Positions 18,512 through 28,302 are shown, numbered from the stretch's first letter. The stretch: 64,000 nt of DNA from Spirochaetia bacterium (GCA_963677595.1 OY782041.1:3168001-3232000), one strand, 5' to 3'. The notes: a model not told the origin generated them from the sequence alone. Numbers and translations are program-made.

Positions 18512-21500
18512 ATGCAAGCAGTATCCGTACGTGTGACTGAGAAGAAGATCCCGACCTATACCTGGGCGGAACCGGAAGAACTCCCTATGTTCGCGAAGAG
18601 CAGGGTCCACCAGAGACTGAGCGGCAATCCCTACCCGAACCGTATCGTCAACCAGGTGCGACGGGATGAACTCACAGATCGTCCCTATTCAGTCATCGAA
18701 CTTGAAAATGCGTTTCTCAAGCTCGAGATCATCCCTGAACTCGGCGGCAGGATCTTCAGCGCTTTGGACAAGAAGACCGGCTATGACTTCTTCTACCGCC
18801 AGCACGTGATCAAGCCAGCCCTGATAGGCATGCTCGGGCTGTGGGTATCTGGTGGTATGGAATTCAACTGGCCGGTACATCACAACCCGGCAACCTTCGC
18901 CCCGGTCGAGTATCGGGTCGAGCATGGGGATGATGGAGTCGTGACCGTATGGCTCGGCAGCCGGGACCCGATCGACCGCATAGCAGGGGAGATCGGTATC
19001 AGGGTAACCCCTGATACCGCATTCTTCGAGACAACGATCAAGATCACCAATACCCATGCCGTCCCGAAGAGCTTCATGTGGTGGGAGAACGCTGCCGTAC
19101 CGGTCAATGAGGAGTATGAGATATTCTTCCCCCACGACGTGACCTATGTGGACTTCCACTACAAGAAGACCCGCGGGGCCTTTCCCGTCATGGATAGCTG
19201 GTTTAATACCATGGACAACCGCGGCGGGAATGATATCAGGAAGCACCGGAACACCACGAGTGCTACCTCGTACTTCTGCGGGAAGACGAAGGGGGATTTC
19301 TTCGGCGGGTATGATCACGGGAAGCAGGCCGGGGTGATCCATTACGCCCCTCACCATACTTCGACCGGTGCGAAGATGTTCACCTGGGGGTATGGGCAGA
19401 TAGGCCGTTCCTGGGAGCGGGCCCTGACCGATACTGATGGCCCCTATGCTGAACTCATGGCTTCGAGCTACAGCGACAATCAGCCGGACCTCACCTGGCT
19501 CGAACCGTATGAGACGAAGCAGTTCAGCCAGTACTGGTACCCCTACCAGGGTATTGGACCGGTAGACTGCGCGAACCTCAGCATGGCAGTACGAGTAGAG
19601 AAGGGGAGACTGCTCGTCTACCCGACCAGGGACATCCCGCAGGTGGTGTTCAGTGCTGCAGGGGAGATAGTAACAGCTGACCTCACTGCTGCCGAGAGCC
19701 GGGAGTTCAGGATCCCCGGGCTTACCGAAGACAGCAGGGTGACTGTCACCGACCGTTCAGGGAGAGTCCTCCTGGATTACCGGAAACCTGAAGCTGGCTA
19801 TGATGTGCCGGAACCGAAGAGGGACTATCCCTACCCGGACGAGCTCCACGATGCCCAGGGCTGTTACCTGACAGGCCTGCACATAGCCCAGTACCGAGAC
19901 CCGGTGATGGCTTGCGAACCCTATTACCTTCGAGGACTGCAGATCCAAAAGGACCATTACCCCTGCATGGTAGGTCTTGCCAGGTTCCACATCGGGAGAC
20001 TGCAGTATGCGGAAGCCGAGCAGTATGCCCGGCAGGCAGTGGGTGTCCTGACGAGGTACAATGAGAACCCGGGGGACACGGAAGCCTTCACGCTGCTAGG
20101 CATTTCGCTCATGGTGCAGGACCGGTACGATGAGGCTTATGAGGTACTGAAGAAGGCTGTATGGAGTAGAACCCAGATCCCAGCGGCGGGCCTGCTGATA
20201 GCCAGGATCGACTGCATCAGGGGTGATTATAAAACAGCAGAGGAGACCCTGGCCTGGGTCCTCGACTATGGCGGACGAAATGTTCAGGCTGAGAACCTGC
20301 TTGCGATGATCTATAAGAGGAGCCGAAAGGAAGAAGCTTACCGTAAACAGCTCGAGCGATGCCTTGCGTTGGATCGGTTCAACCTCCTTGCCCTCCATGA
20401 GTCAGGCTCGCTGGACCTGCATAGCTGGAAGAATGACAAGGTCCAGGCTGCGCTGGACTTGGTCGAAGAGTATGCTGCTGCAGGCTTCACTGATGAGGCC
20501 TCTGAGGTCCTGGGAGAACTCGCAGATGCGTCACCCATGATCCCGGTACTCAGCGCATACCTGAACGATAAACCTCTTGATATCGAGCATATTCCAAGTG
20601 GTCCCTGCTTTCCCTCACGGGGCCTAGAGCTCAAAGCCCTGCGTTCTGCGCTTAAGCAGCACCCAGATGACCCGACGTTGAACCTCCTGCTCGGGGACCT
20701 GCTCTACGGGAAGTGCGATGATGCTGAAGCGGCACTTGGGTGCTTCAGGAAGGCCGGGGAGTTCCTTGAAGCTCGGAGGAACCTCGCCGTCGTGCTCCAC
20801 CGCCTGGACCGTGAGGATCCTGAACCGCTCCGGATCATGGGGGAGCTTGCCGAAGAGTACCCTGAAGACCTGCAGGTCCTCTATGAGTTCCAGCACCTGT
20901 GCTTCCTCAAACGTGAGGATCCTCTGAAGATGCTCTCATACTGGGAAGCTCGCAGGTCAGTCATGGCGCTCCGTGACGATACCTACCTGCAGGGAGTGCA
21001 GGCAGCCAATCGTGCAGGCCGGTTCGCATATGCCCTAGAGCTGCTGGAGGCCCATGAGTTCATCCCCTGCGAGGGAGGGGAGCATGCCGTAGCCGATGAG
21101 TACCTCCTGGCCAAGCTGGAGATCGGAAAGCAGCTTCTTAGGGAGAAAGAGTATAACAAAGCTGAAACTGTCTTCTCTTCAGCCCTGCAGATCCCGGAGA
21201 ACCTCGGGGGAGGGGTCTGGCACCAGGTGAAGCTGATCGCTTTCCTCTACTACCTGGGAGTGTGCTGTCGTGAGGCCGGGAGGGAGGAAGAAGCTGTTGC
21301 CTATTTCGAACAGGTGCTGGATTTCCCCACGGAGTACTTCACCGATATGTACAATCTCGAGCACCGGTACTATAAGGGACTGGCCCTGACTGCACTGGGA
21401 CGGGAAGAAGAGGGCAGGCAGGTCAGTAAAGCGTATGAGCAGCTGAGGGCGAAACAGGAGCGCAGGAATGCAGAGGGGTATCTGCGTCCGACTCCCTTCT

Positions 21501-21517
21501 TCAACAGCTTCCTCTAG
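18512..21517 (+). CDS. DUF5107 domain protein with TPR repeats (possibly C-terminally truncated)
   Basis: LEN..L..EIIPELGGRI, FFYRQHVIKPALIG..G.W.SGG.EFNWP.HH, LTDTDGPYAELM..YSDNQPD, followed by TPR-like helices. Confidence 0.88.
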   Translation: MQAVSVRVTEKKIPTYTWAEPEELPMFAKSRVHQRLSGNPYPNRIVNQVRRDELTDRPYSVIELENAFLKLEIIPELGGRIFSALDKKTGYDFFYRQHVIKPALIGMLGLWVSGGMEFNWPVHHNPATFAPVEYRVEHGDDGVVTVWLGSRDPIDRIAGEIGIRVTPDTAFFETTIKITNTHAVPKSFMWWENAAVPVNEEYEIFFPHDVTYVDFHYKKTRGAFPVMDSWFNTMDNRGGNDIRKHRNTTSATSYFCGKTKGDFFGGYDHGKQAGVIHYAPHHTSTGAKMFTWGYGQIGRSWERALTDTDGPYAELMASSYSDNQPDLTWLEPYETKQFSQYWYPYQGIGPVDCANLSMAVRVEKGRLLVYPTRDIPQVVFSAAGEIVTADLTAAESREFRIPGLTEDSRVTVTDRSGRVLLDYRKPEAGYDVPEPKRDYPYPDELHDAQGCYLTGLHIAQYRDPVMACEPYYLRGLQIQKDHYPCMVGLARFHIGRLQYAEAEQYARQAVGVLTRYNENPGDTEAFTLLGISLMVQDRYDEAYEVLKKAVWSRTQIPAAGLLIARIDCIRGDYKTAEETLAWVLDYGGRNVQAENLLAMIYKRSRKEEAYRKQLERCLALDRFNLLALHESGSLDLHSWKNDKVQAALDLVEEYAAAGFTDEASEVLGELADASPMIPVLSAYLNDKPLDIEHIPSGPCFPSRGLELKALRSALKQHPDDPTLNLLLGDLLYGKCDDAEAALGCFRKAGEFLEARRNLAVVLHRLDREDPEPLRIMGELAEEYPEDLQVLYEFQHLCFLKREDPLKMLSYWEARRSVMALRDDTYLQGVQAANRAGRFAYALELLEAHEFIPCEGGEHAVADEYLLAKLEIGKQLLREKEYNKAETVFSSALQIPENLGGGVWHQVKLIAFLYYLGVCCREAGREEEAVAYFEQVLDFPTEYFTDMYNLEHRYYKGLALTALGREEEGRQVSKAYEQLRAKQERRNAEGYLRPTPFFNSFL

Positions 21518-21545
21518 AATCCGGATCTTTCAGAAGAATATTCGC

Positions 21546-21612
21546 AGTTTGTCGCACAGATACCGACAAACTGATAATTATTGTGAGTTTGTCGCATCAG
21601 AATCGACAAATT
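21546..21612. repeat. Two tandem palindromes AGTTTGTCG-N9-CGACAAA(C/T)T, 40 bp apart
   Basis: AGTTTGTCGCACAGATACCGACAAACT (21546-21572) and AGTTTGTCGCATCAGAATCGACAAATT (21586-21612). Confidence 0.85.
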
Positions 21613-21631
21613 GAGGATACCGGTATATACT
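21603..21631 (+). promoter_or_regulatory. Sigma70-like promoter overlapping the second palindrome; leaderless start
   Basis: TCGACA(21603)-17 bp-TATACT(21626); ATG at 21638 with no SD. Confidence 0.6.
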
Positions 21632-21637
21632 GTATCT

Positions 21638-22837
21638 ATGGTTATACGAGAGAGGATCCTGAAGAGACTGCGAAGGTACTATGAGTCTGAGATGATCAAG
21701 GTCATCATCGGGCCTCGAAGATGCGGGAAATCGGTCCTGCTGGGCCAGATAGCGGATGAGCTGGCTGCAGCCGGGGTCGCGGAAGACCGGCTGATCCGCA
21801 TCAATTTCGAGTCGGGACAGTCCCGGGATTATATCCTGGAGCCTGACAGCTTCTATGACCATATCGCATCGCTGATGGGAACTGACGGTAAACGATACCT
21901 GTTCTGTGATGAGATCCAGATGATGGAAGGGTTCGAGACGGTGATCAATGCCGTCCGTGTCGATTTCGATGTCAGTATATTCATCACCGGCTCGAACTCG
22001 AAAATGCTCTCAGGGGAGCTGGCAACCCATCTCGGCGGCAGGACCCTGCAGTTCCGCCTGACCCCGTTCTCCTTCGGGGAGTACCTTGCCTTACATGATG
22101 CTTCCCCCAGTACAGAACTCCTCCAGGAGTACATCCAGTGGGGAGGGTTCCCCATGGTCTGCAAAGGGGACGATGATGAGGATAAGCTCTTTGTCCTGCA
22201 GAACCTCAAGGACTCGATCTTCCTCCGTGACATCCTCCTGCGGAACAGGATAGCTGCCTCTGAGATCCTGGAGAGGATCTTGAGTTTCGTGGTAGGGAAC
22301 TCCTCCCTGACCGTATCGGTCAATACGATCAGGAAGGAACTCCAGAAGACCGGGGTGACCATCTCTCGTGACACGATCTACCGGTACCTTGATCTCTATG
22401 ACCAGGCGATGATCGTTGACCGGGTCAAACGCTATGACCTGAGGGGCAAGCAGGTGCTCTCGACCCAGGAGAAGTTCTATGCCTGTGATCTTAGCCTGGT
22501 CCGGTTGTACAAGAATCGGGTGAAGGATGAGATGAACGTCATGACAGAGACCCTGGTCTATCTTGAACTGGTTTCACGCGGATACCGGATCTATGTCGGG
22601 AAGACCTATAAGGGGGAGATCGATTTCATCATCGAGAACGAGGGTGGGAAGGCCTATGTCCAGGCTGCCTACCTGATGCCGACGGCCGAGGTCCGTGACC
22701 GTGAGTTCGGTGCCTTCTCCACCATAAAGGATGCCTACCCGAAATACGTCATCAGCTTCGACCCGATCTGCTCCGACCATGAGGGTGTCAGGCATATCGG
22801 GATGCTGGAGTTCCTCACCGGGTACCCATTGACCTGA
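21638..22837 (+). CDS. AAA+ ATPase (AAA_14) with wHTH and DUF4143 domain
   Basis: Walker A GPRRCGKS, Walker B FCDEIQ, ITGSNSKMLSGELATHLGGR, GGFP, KFYACD, EIDFI..YVQ. Confidence 0.93.
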   Translation: MVIRERILKRLRRYYESEMIKVIIGPRRCGKSVLLGQIADELAAAGVAEDRLIRINFESGQSRDYILEPDSFYDHIASLMGTDGKRYLFCDEIQMMEGFETVINAVRVDFDVSIFITGSNSKMLSGELATHLGGRTLQFRLTPFSFGEYLALHDASPSTELLQEYIQWGGFPMVCKGDDDEDKLFVLQNLKDSIFLRDILLRNRIAASEILERILSFVVGNSSLTVSVNTIRKELQKTGVTISRDTIYRYLDLYDQAMIVDRVKRYDLRGKQVLSTQEKFYACDLSLVRLYKNRVKDEMNVMTETLVYLELVSRGYRIYVGKTYKGEIDFIIENEGGKAYVQAAYLMPTAEVRDREFGAFSTIKDAYPKYVISFDPICSDHEGVRHIGMLEFLTGYPLT

Positions 22838-22838
22838 G

Positions 22839-23939
22839 TCAAGCCCCAGCAAACTCCCTGACAGCCTCGCAGGCTGCCAGGACCGTCTCCATCGTCGTGT
22901 TGATATCCAGGGGGAGGGAGAGGACCTCCTCCTGGGCTCGTTCGCTCTCCGGGAGGTCTCCAGGTTTGCACCCGAGGTAGCTGAACGCCTGCTGCAGATG
23001 GAGTGACAGGGGATAGTAGATACCGAAGGGAATCCCCTTCTCCTGAAGGTGGGCAGAAAGTCCTGCACGGTCATCAGTCCTGATGGTGTAGTGGGTGTAG
23101 CCGCGCGTGATGTAGGGTTCATGGCAGGGGATGGTGATCCCCGCAAGGTCCCTCAGGTGTGCATCATAGGTGTCATGCAGGACTTTGAGGGAATCAAGCT
23201 GACGCTCGAAATACTTCAGCTGGACGTGGAGGACCGCTGCCTGGATCGTGTCGAGCCTCGTAGAGAAGCCCGGGAACTCATGGTAGTACTTCTCCCTGCT
23301 CCCGTGGTTGCGGATCATCCTGATCCGCTCGGCGTACTCGTCGCTGTCCGTGGTGATCAGCCCCGCATCCCCGAACGAGCCCATCGGCTTGGTAGGGTAG
23401 AACGAGTAGCCGGCAAGGTCGCCGAAGGACCCTGCCGCCTTCCCCTTGTAGGTGGCCCCGAAGGCTTGGCAGGCGTCCTCGATCATGATGAGGCGGTTAC
23501 TGCTGCAAAGCTCGAGCAGCGGCTCCATCCTGGCAGGGAAGCCGTACATGTGGGCGGGGATGACAGCCTTCGTCTTCTTCGTGATCTTAGCCTCACATGA
23601 GGCCGCGTCAAGGTTGAACGTGAGGGGGTCTATATCGGCGAAGACCGGGGTCCCGCCCGCAAGGACGACCGCAGCCGCATCGGATGCGAAGCAGAATGCC
23701 GGGAGGATGACCTCATCCCCCCGACCGATCCCGATGACCGCAAGGGCTATGCGGAAGGCGTCCGTCCCGGAGTTTATCCCAATAGCATGGTTCACCCCGA
23801 GGAAGTGAGCGACCTCCTTCTCGAACAGGGCCACATCCTCCCCGAGGATGAAGTCCTTCCGGTCGATGACCCGGTCGATTCGCTCCTTAGCTTCCAACAT
23901 GATCACAGATGAGAGAACGTGAGAAGATGTGTCTTGCAT
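22839..23939 (-). CDS. DegT/DnrJ/EryC1/StrS family PLP aminotransferase
   Basis: NSGTDA, IEDACQA.G, SFYPTKPMGSFGDAG, RLDTIQAA; start placed at ATG 23939 (SD GAGGG) downstream of the 24011 hairpin. Confidence 0.92.
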   Translation of the reverse strand: MQDTSSHVLSSVIMLEAKERIDRVIDRKDFILGEDVALFEKEVAHFLGVNHAIGINSGTDAFRIALAVIGIGRGDEVILPAFCFASDAAAVVLAGGTPVFADIDPLTFNLDAASCEAKITKKTKAVIPAHMYGFPARMEPLLELCSSNRLIMIEDACQAFGATYKGKAAGSFGDLAGYSFYPTKPMGSFGDAGLITTDSDEYAERIRMIRNHGSREKYYHEFPGFSTRLDTIQAAVLHVQLKYFERQLDSLKVLHDTYDAHLRDLAGITIPCHEPYITRGYTHYTIRTDDRAGLSAHLQEKGIPFGIYYPLSLHLQQAFSYLGCKPGDLPESERAQEEVLSLPLDINTTMETVLAACEAVREFAGA

Positions 23940-24010
23940 ACCGTGTGCCCTCGATTCATACATATCGTGCTTCTTTTCTGTTATGGGTCGTGCCGTACTG
24001 GCAGGGGGCA

Positions 24011-24036
24011 AATGCCGGCCTGTGGAGGCCGGCATT
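24011..24036 (-). terminator. Hairpin after the APC permease
   Basis: Perfect 11-bp stem AATGCCGGCCT-GTGG-AGGCCGGCATT; short T-run on the minus strand. Confidence 0.6.
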
Positions 24037-24062
24037 GACCTGTGGTAACTGAGTCAGAAGGT

Positions 24063-25493
24063 CTAGTATTCCTTCTCCCCATCGGGAGTCATCATCCATA
24101 CCTTCTCTTTCGGCCACTTCACGAAGTACATCCAGAGATAGAGCACGACGCCGAGACCGAGGTAGACGCAGAGGGTGAGCCATGCGTCCTTTCCAAGACC
24201 GACGGTACAGAGACCGACGATGCCGCCTGCGATGATGAGTGCGAACACCCTGAAGCCCTGGCCGCCTTTCAGCTTATAGGGCCTGTCCCACTGCGGGTGC
24301 TTCATGGCGATCCTGATCGCGGAGATCATGGTCATGAAGTATGCGGTGGAGCATCCGAGGGCCATGATCGAGTAGAACCCAGCCAGGTAGGAGGATGCAT
24401 TGGAGACGAAGAGGAATACGACCGAGATGGCAAGGATGAGGATGTTGGGGACGATAGGCTGCTGCTTCTTGTTGAGCTTGGTGAATGCCTTAGGCAGGAA
24501 GTTCTGCCGTCCCATAGCGAAGAAGAGCCGTACGGTCGAGATCCAGAACCCGAGGATACAGGTCCCGATGGTGAACAGGACCGCGGTGATCCCGAAGAAG
24601 AAGGCATAGGCCGACCAGCCGAACTGGTTGGCGATGACCTCCAGGGCAACGAAGGGGTCCATGGTCGCATGGGTCAGGTTCTGCCAGGTATCCATACCGG
24701 CGAGGCAGAAGAAGAAGAAGGTATAGAGCGTACCGCAGGTGATGACTGAACCAAGGATAGCCTTCCTGGAATCCTTGATCGGGAAGTTCCCTTCCTCGAC
24801 CAGCTGCGGGACCGTCTCGAACCCGAAGTAGGGGGTGACGATCAAGGCCGTACCGATGACCCACCCTTTTATACCGATGAAGCCTGCAGCCTCCGGGTTA
24901 TGTACCGACTGGAAAAACGGTACGAGGTTGGAGAAATGCCAGTGACCCGATACCAGGAAGATGACACCGGTGAGGGTCACGCCTATGAGGGCGGCAAAGA
25001 GCATGAAGGTCTGGATCTGTCCCGACAGGTTGATGTCGCTCAGGCTCAGGACCGTGTAGAGGATCAGGACCAGGATGCCGACCGTGACGGTGGTCGTGTA
25101 GCCCCAGTTCAGCTTGAACGCATAGTTGATCCAGTCAAGGATCCCCATGACCGCTGCAGGCGGTACGGCGATCCATGCTGCCATGATCATCCAGGAGGCT
25201 ACGAACCCGAAGGTCTTGTTCGTCCCGATGGTGTTGTACACCAGCTCAGCTCCCGTGTAGGGGAGCATAGGTGTCAGCTCGCAGTAGACGAACGCGATAG
25301 GGAGCACAAGCAGCGTCATCAACGCGAACGAGAGGAACGTCGCCGGGCCGGAACCCCCGAGGAATACACCGTCCCAGTAACCGATGAATGTGAGTATAGC
25401 GCCCGTTGCAAGGGCGTATACAAACAGCAGTCGAAGACTTTTCTTCAGTTTCCCAGTCTTCTCCATACGTGAACCAGTCTGTTCAGTACTCAT
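24063..25493 (-). CDS. APC family amino acid permease
   Basis: About 12 TM helices; YCELTPMLPYTGAE, YFGFE, RLFFAMGRQNFLPKAF, RPYK. Confidence 0.93.
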   Translation of the reverse strand: MSTEQTGSRMEKTGKLKKSLRLLFVYALATGAILTFIGYWDGVFLGGSGPATFLSFALMTLLVLPIAFVYCELTPMLPYTGAELVYNTIGTNKTFGFVASWMIMAAWIAVPPAAVMGILDWINYAFKLNWGYTTTVTVGILVLILYTVLSLSDINLSGQIQTFMLFAALIGVTLTGVIFLVSGHWHFSNLVPFFQSVHNPEAAGFIGIKGWVIGTALIVTPYFGFETVPQLVEEGNFPIKDSRKAILGSVITCGTLYTFFFFCLAGMDTWQNLTHATMDPFVALEVIANQFGWSAYAFFFGITAVLFTIGTCILGFWISTVRLFFAMGRQNFLPKAFTKLNKKQQPIVPNILILAISVVFLFVSNASSYLAGFYSIMALGCSTAYFMTMISAIRIAMKHPQWDRPYKLKGGQGFRVFALIIAGGIVGLCTVGLGKDAWLTLCVYLGLGVVLYLWMYFVKWPKEKVWMMTPDGEKEY

Positions 25494-25515
25494 ACTTTAC
25501 TCCTTTTCTCAAATT

Positions 25516-26649
25516 TCAATTGCTGACCTTGAACATGATGCTGTCCTCGTAGCCGACGTAGACCTTGTGGTAGCCCGAAAGCTCCGAGTTGAGGGCCTCG
25601 TCCCCGGTATCGACTAAGAGGGTCTTCCCGAAGAGGGAGAGCATCTTGGGTTTCGAGGCGGCGATCATGATATTCCTGATCCCCACCCTGCGGATGACGG
25701 TAGGGCTGAGCTGCTGGTTGCCCCTCCCGAAGATATAACCCTGGCCGCCGATGACCGTCACGATGATCTTGATCTTCGAGGCCTCGTCCGTGTTCCTCTC
25801 GATGTATTCAAGGATCTGTCTCTCATTCACATCCTTCTCTACGATCCTGCGCCTGTGGACAAGATCGATGCCCAGCAGGGTACCGTCCTCACCGAGCTTG
25901 GTAAGGATTCCCTTGGTGGTACTTCCCGTCCCCACGATGTAGTGGGTGTCCTCCTCCATGATGTCAGCCATGTACCGTGTCAGGAAATCCATGGCAGCCG
26001 CCTCACTGTAGCCGCGGCCGCTCTTCATATTCTGCACCATACGCATCTCATTCGGTACGTAGAGATACCCGTACAGTTTCGCAGTCACTATTCCTTCCCT
26101 GAATGCCTCCTCGTCGATATCCATGACCTCGGATACCTTCAGATCCGTTACCTTCCCCTCGAGGTACTGGACTACCAGGTCCCCGGCCGTCTTCGGGTTT
26201 ATGGCGTACACGCCCGAGTGGATCTTACAGCCGCCTGGTATCCCCAGAACGGCGATCCGCTCTTCCCCGAGTGCGTCGAAGATGTTCCTGGCAGTCCCGT
26301 CCCCGCCCGCGAAGAGGATGAGGTCCACACCTGCATCCCGCAGCTCCCCGGCAGCCCGGATCGTGTCTTTGGGGGTGGTGTCTCCCGGATCCAGTCGTCC
26401 GATGACGGTAGGGCTGAACCCGGCCTCAACCGCCGCCTCTTCGCCCATGACGGAGGGATAGGTGACGATCTCGAAGGACTCCGCAGACTCATGCAGCCGC
26501 CGCAGGGCGACCGCGGCTTTATGCGGGCATTCCGGGACCGCACCGAGCGCCCTGGCCTTAGCCAGCGTCTCGGCACCGTCACTTCCCTTGAGACCAACTC
26601 TCCCCCCCATCCCGGCGATAGGATTCACGATCAACCCGATTCTCTTCAT
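25516..26649 (-). CDS. ATP-NAD kinase family protein (COG3199-like)
   Basis: GLIVNPIAGMGGRVGLKGSDG, FAGGDGTAR, GIPGGCKIHSGVYA, GGQGYIFGRGNQQLS, VDTGD. Confidence 0.9.
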   Translation of the reverse strand: MKRIGLIVNPIAGMGGRVGLKGSDGAETLAKARALGAVPECPHKAAVALRRLHESAESFEIVTYPSVMGEEAAVEAGFSPTVIGRLDPGDTTPKDTIRAAGELRDAGVDLILFAGGDGTARNIFDALGEERIAVLGIPGGCKIHSGVYAINPKTAGDLVVQYLEGKVTDLKVSEVMDIDEEAFREGIVTAKLYGYLYVPNEMRMVQNMKSGRGYSEAAAMDFLTRYMADIMEEDTHYIVGTGSTTKGILTKLGEDGTLLGIDLVHRRRIVEKDVNERQILEYIERNTDEASKIKIIVTVIGGQGYIFGRGNQQLSPTVIRRVGIRNIMIAASKPKMLSLFGKTLLVDTGDEALNSELSGYHKVYVGYEDSIMFKVSN

Positions 26650-26676
26650 ACAGTCACACGTCTCTTCTCGGTACGA

Positions 26677-26709
26677 CTGCAGGCCGGAGCGTAGAAGCCC
26701 GGCCTGCAG
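26677..26709 (-). other. Intercistronic hairpin between gcvPB-like and kinase genes
   Basis: CTGCAGGCCGG-N11-CCGGCCTGCAG, 11-bp stem. Confidence 0.55.
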
Positions 26710-26718
26710 AGCTATCTT

Positions 26719-28284
26719 CTACTTCCGGTACTTCTTCAGGTATGCAGCCCAGGTCGTTGCCCACTTCTCCGGATCATCGAGGTCCGCCATATCCTTGAGC
26801 CTGTGCGAGGCACTCCTGTGCGGTGCTGTCTTGGCGATCTCGGGATCCTCATAGGCCTCAGCGGCGATGTGCCGTACGGTCTCAATGTAGGAATCGAGGT
26901 CAGCCTTGCTGTAGGTCTCGCAGGGTTCGAGCGTCATCGGCTCGGGGATGACCCATGGATGGTGTGATGCCCAGTACCAGGGGATGCCGAAGTCAATGAG
27001 GCGGCAGTTGATGTCATCGGTACCGACACCCGTATCCTTCTGGAGCTCTTCCCACGAGTAGCGGATCTGCTCCATCCGCCCGATGCCGTTCCCGGCGAAT
27101 GATTCACCGAGCCCCTTGATCTCCAGGAGTCTCTTGCGTACATAGTTGTTGTTGATGACCGATACATCAGCCACTTCCCGCAAGCCCTCAGCACCGAACA
27201 TCATGGCCCATGAGTAGGCCTTGAGGATGACACCGGCAGTCCCGGTGAACTCCCTCGTCTTGCCGAAGGTATCAGGCCGGTCATAGTCAAGATAGTACTT
27301 CTCGCCGTCGAACTCGACCGTCGGCTTGGGCAGGTACTTGATCAGGTGTTCCCGTACGCATACGGCACCGTTTGCGGGACCTTCACCGCCGTGGGGGGTC
27401 CCGAAGGTCTTGTGGACGTTGAAGTGGCACATGTCGAAGCCGGCTTCCCGTGCACGCACCACGCCGAGGAAGGCGTTCGCATTGGCCTGGTCGTAGTAGC
27501 AGAGACCGCCCACGTCATGTACCATCTGCGCGAACTTGTCGATATTGGGGTTATAGATCCCGATATCCTCGGGGTTGGTCATGAAGATACCCGCAAGGTG
27601 ATCCCCTGCATCGTCCACAGCTGCCTTGAACGCATTGATGTCCGGTACGCCGCGGTCATCCGGCCAGATGGTGATGACCTTGTAGCCTGCCGTCATCGGG
27701 GCTGCCGCGTCGCAGGGATGGGAGAAGATCGTGGTGATGATCGTGTCCCGCTTCTCTTCACCCCTGTCAGCATGGTACTTCCTCATGATCGAGGCAGCCG
27801 TGTAGACTGCGTGGTTCCCGCCTCCCGGCTGGAAGGTCACGCGGTCCATACCCGAGACCTCCTTGATGATCTGCTCGAACTTGTAGAAGATCTCGAGTAC
27901 GCCCTGGCAGGTCGAAATATCCTGCAGGGGGTGCACGTCGGCGAAATCATCGAGCAGGCAGAGCTCCTCGTTCACCCTCGGGTTGTACTTCATCGTACAG
28001 GTACCTTCTGAGATGTCCGGGGTCAGGTTCGATCCCATGGTCTCCTGGGAGAGGTGGAGCCAATGCTCGAGCACCTTCTTCTGGTCGACCTCCGGCAGTG
28101 CAGGAGGTGCCTTCCTCCGTATCGAGGCAGGAAGCCTGGCGGCCTCATCCCCGATACTGTGTATGATCTCCGGCTCGACTTCCGGGGGGATGATCCCCCT
28201 GACACCCGGGGTGGACAGTTCATAGATAATCGGTTCATCCCAGCGAGCTTCATGGAAATTCTTTCGTACTTTCGTTATAGCCAT
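26719..28284 (-). CDS. gcvPB: Glycine decarboxylase subunit 2-like (divergent GcvPB)
   Basis: CTMKYNP, HPLQ, TNPED.G and the PLP-lysine motif HFNVHKTFGTPHGG; several canonical residues are altered. Confidence 0.88.
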   Translation of the reverse strand: MAITKVRKNFHEARWDEPIIYELSTPGVRGIIPPEVEPEIIHSIGDEAARLPASIRRKAPPALPEVDQKKVLEHWLHLSQETMGSNLTPDISEGTCTMKYNPRVNEELCLLDDFADVHPLQDISTCQGVLEIFYKFEQIIKEVSGMDRVTFQPGGGNHAVYTAASIMRKYHADRGEEKRDTIITTIFSHPCDAAAPMTAGYKVITIWPDDRGVPDINAFKAAVDDAGDHLAGIFMTNPEDIGIYNPNIDKFAQMVHDVGGLCYYDQANANAFLGVVRAREAGFDMCHFNVHKTFGTPHGGEGPANGAVCVREHLIKYLPKPTVEFDGEKYYLDYDRPDTFGKTREFTGTAGVILKAYSWAMMFGAEGLREVADVSVINNNYVRKRLLEIKGLGESFAGNGIGRMEQIRYSWEELQKDTGVGTDDINCRLIDFGIPWYWASHHPWVIPEPMTLEPCETYSKADLDSYIETVRHIAAEAYEDPEIAKTAPHRSASHRLKDMADLDDPEKWATTWAAYLKKYRK

Positions 28285-28302
28285 TCTCGCTCTCCTCCTC
28301 TT

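Noticed and set aside
21546-21612. Mini-CRISPR array
   Set aside because: Only two units, variable centres inside the palindromes, a 13-bp gap and no cas genes; better explained as operators.
23940-24035. N-terminal extension of the DegT ORF as given in the ORF track
   Set aside because: It overlaps the hairpin after the permease and is non-homologous; ATG 23939 with an SD is the more plausible start.
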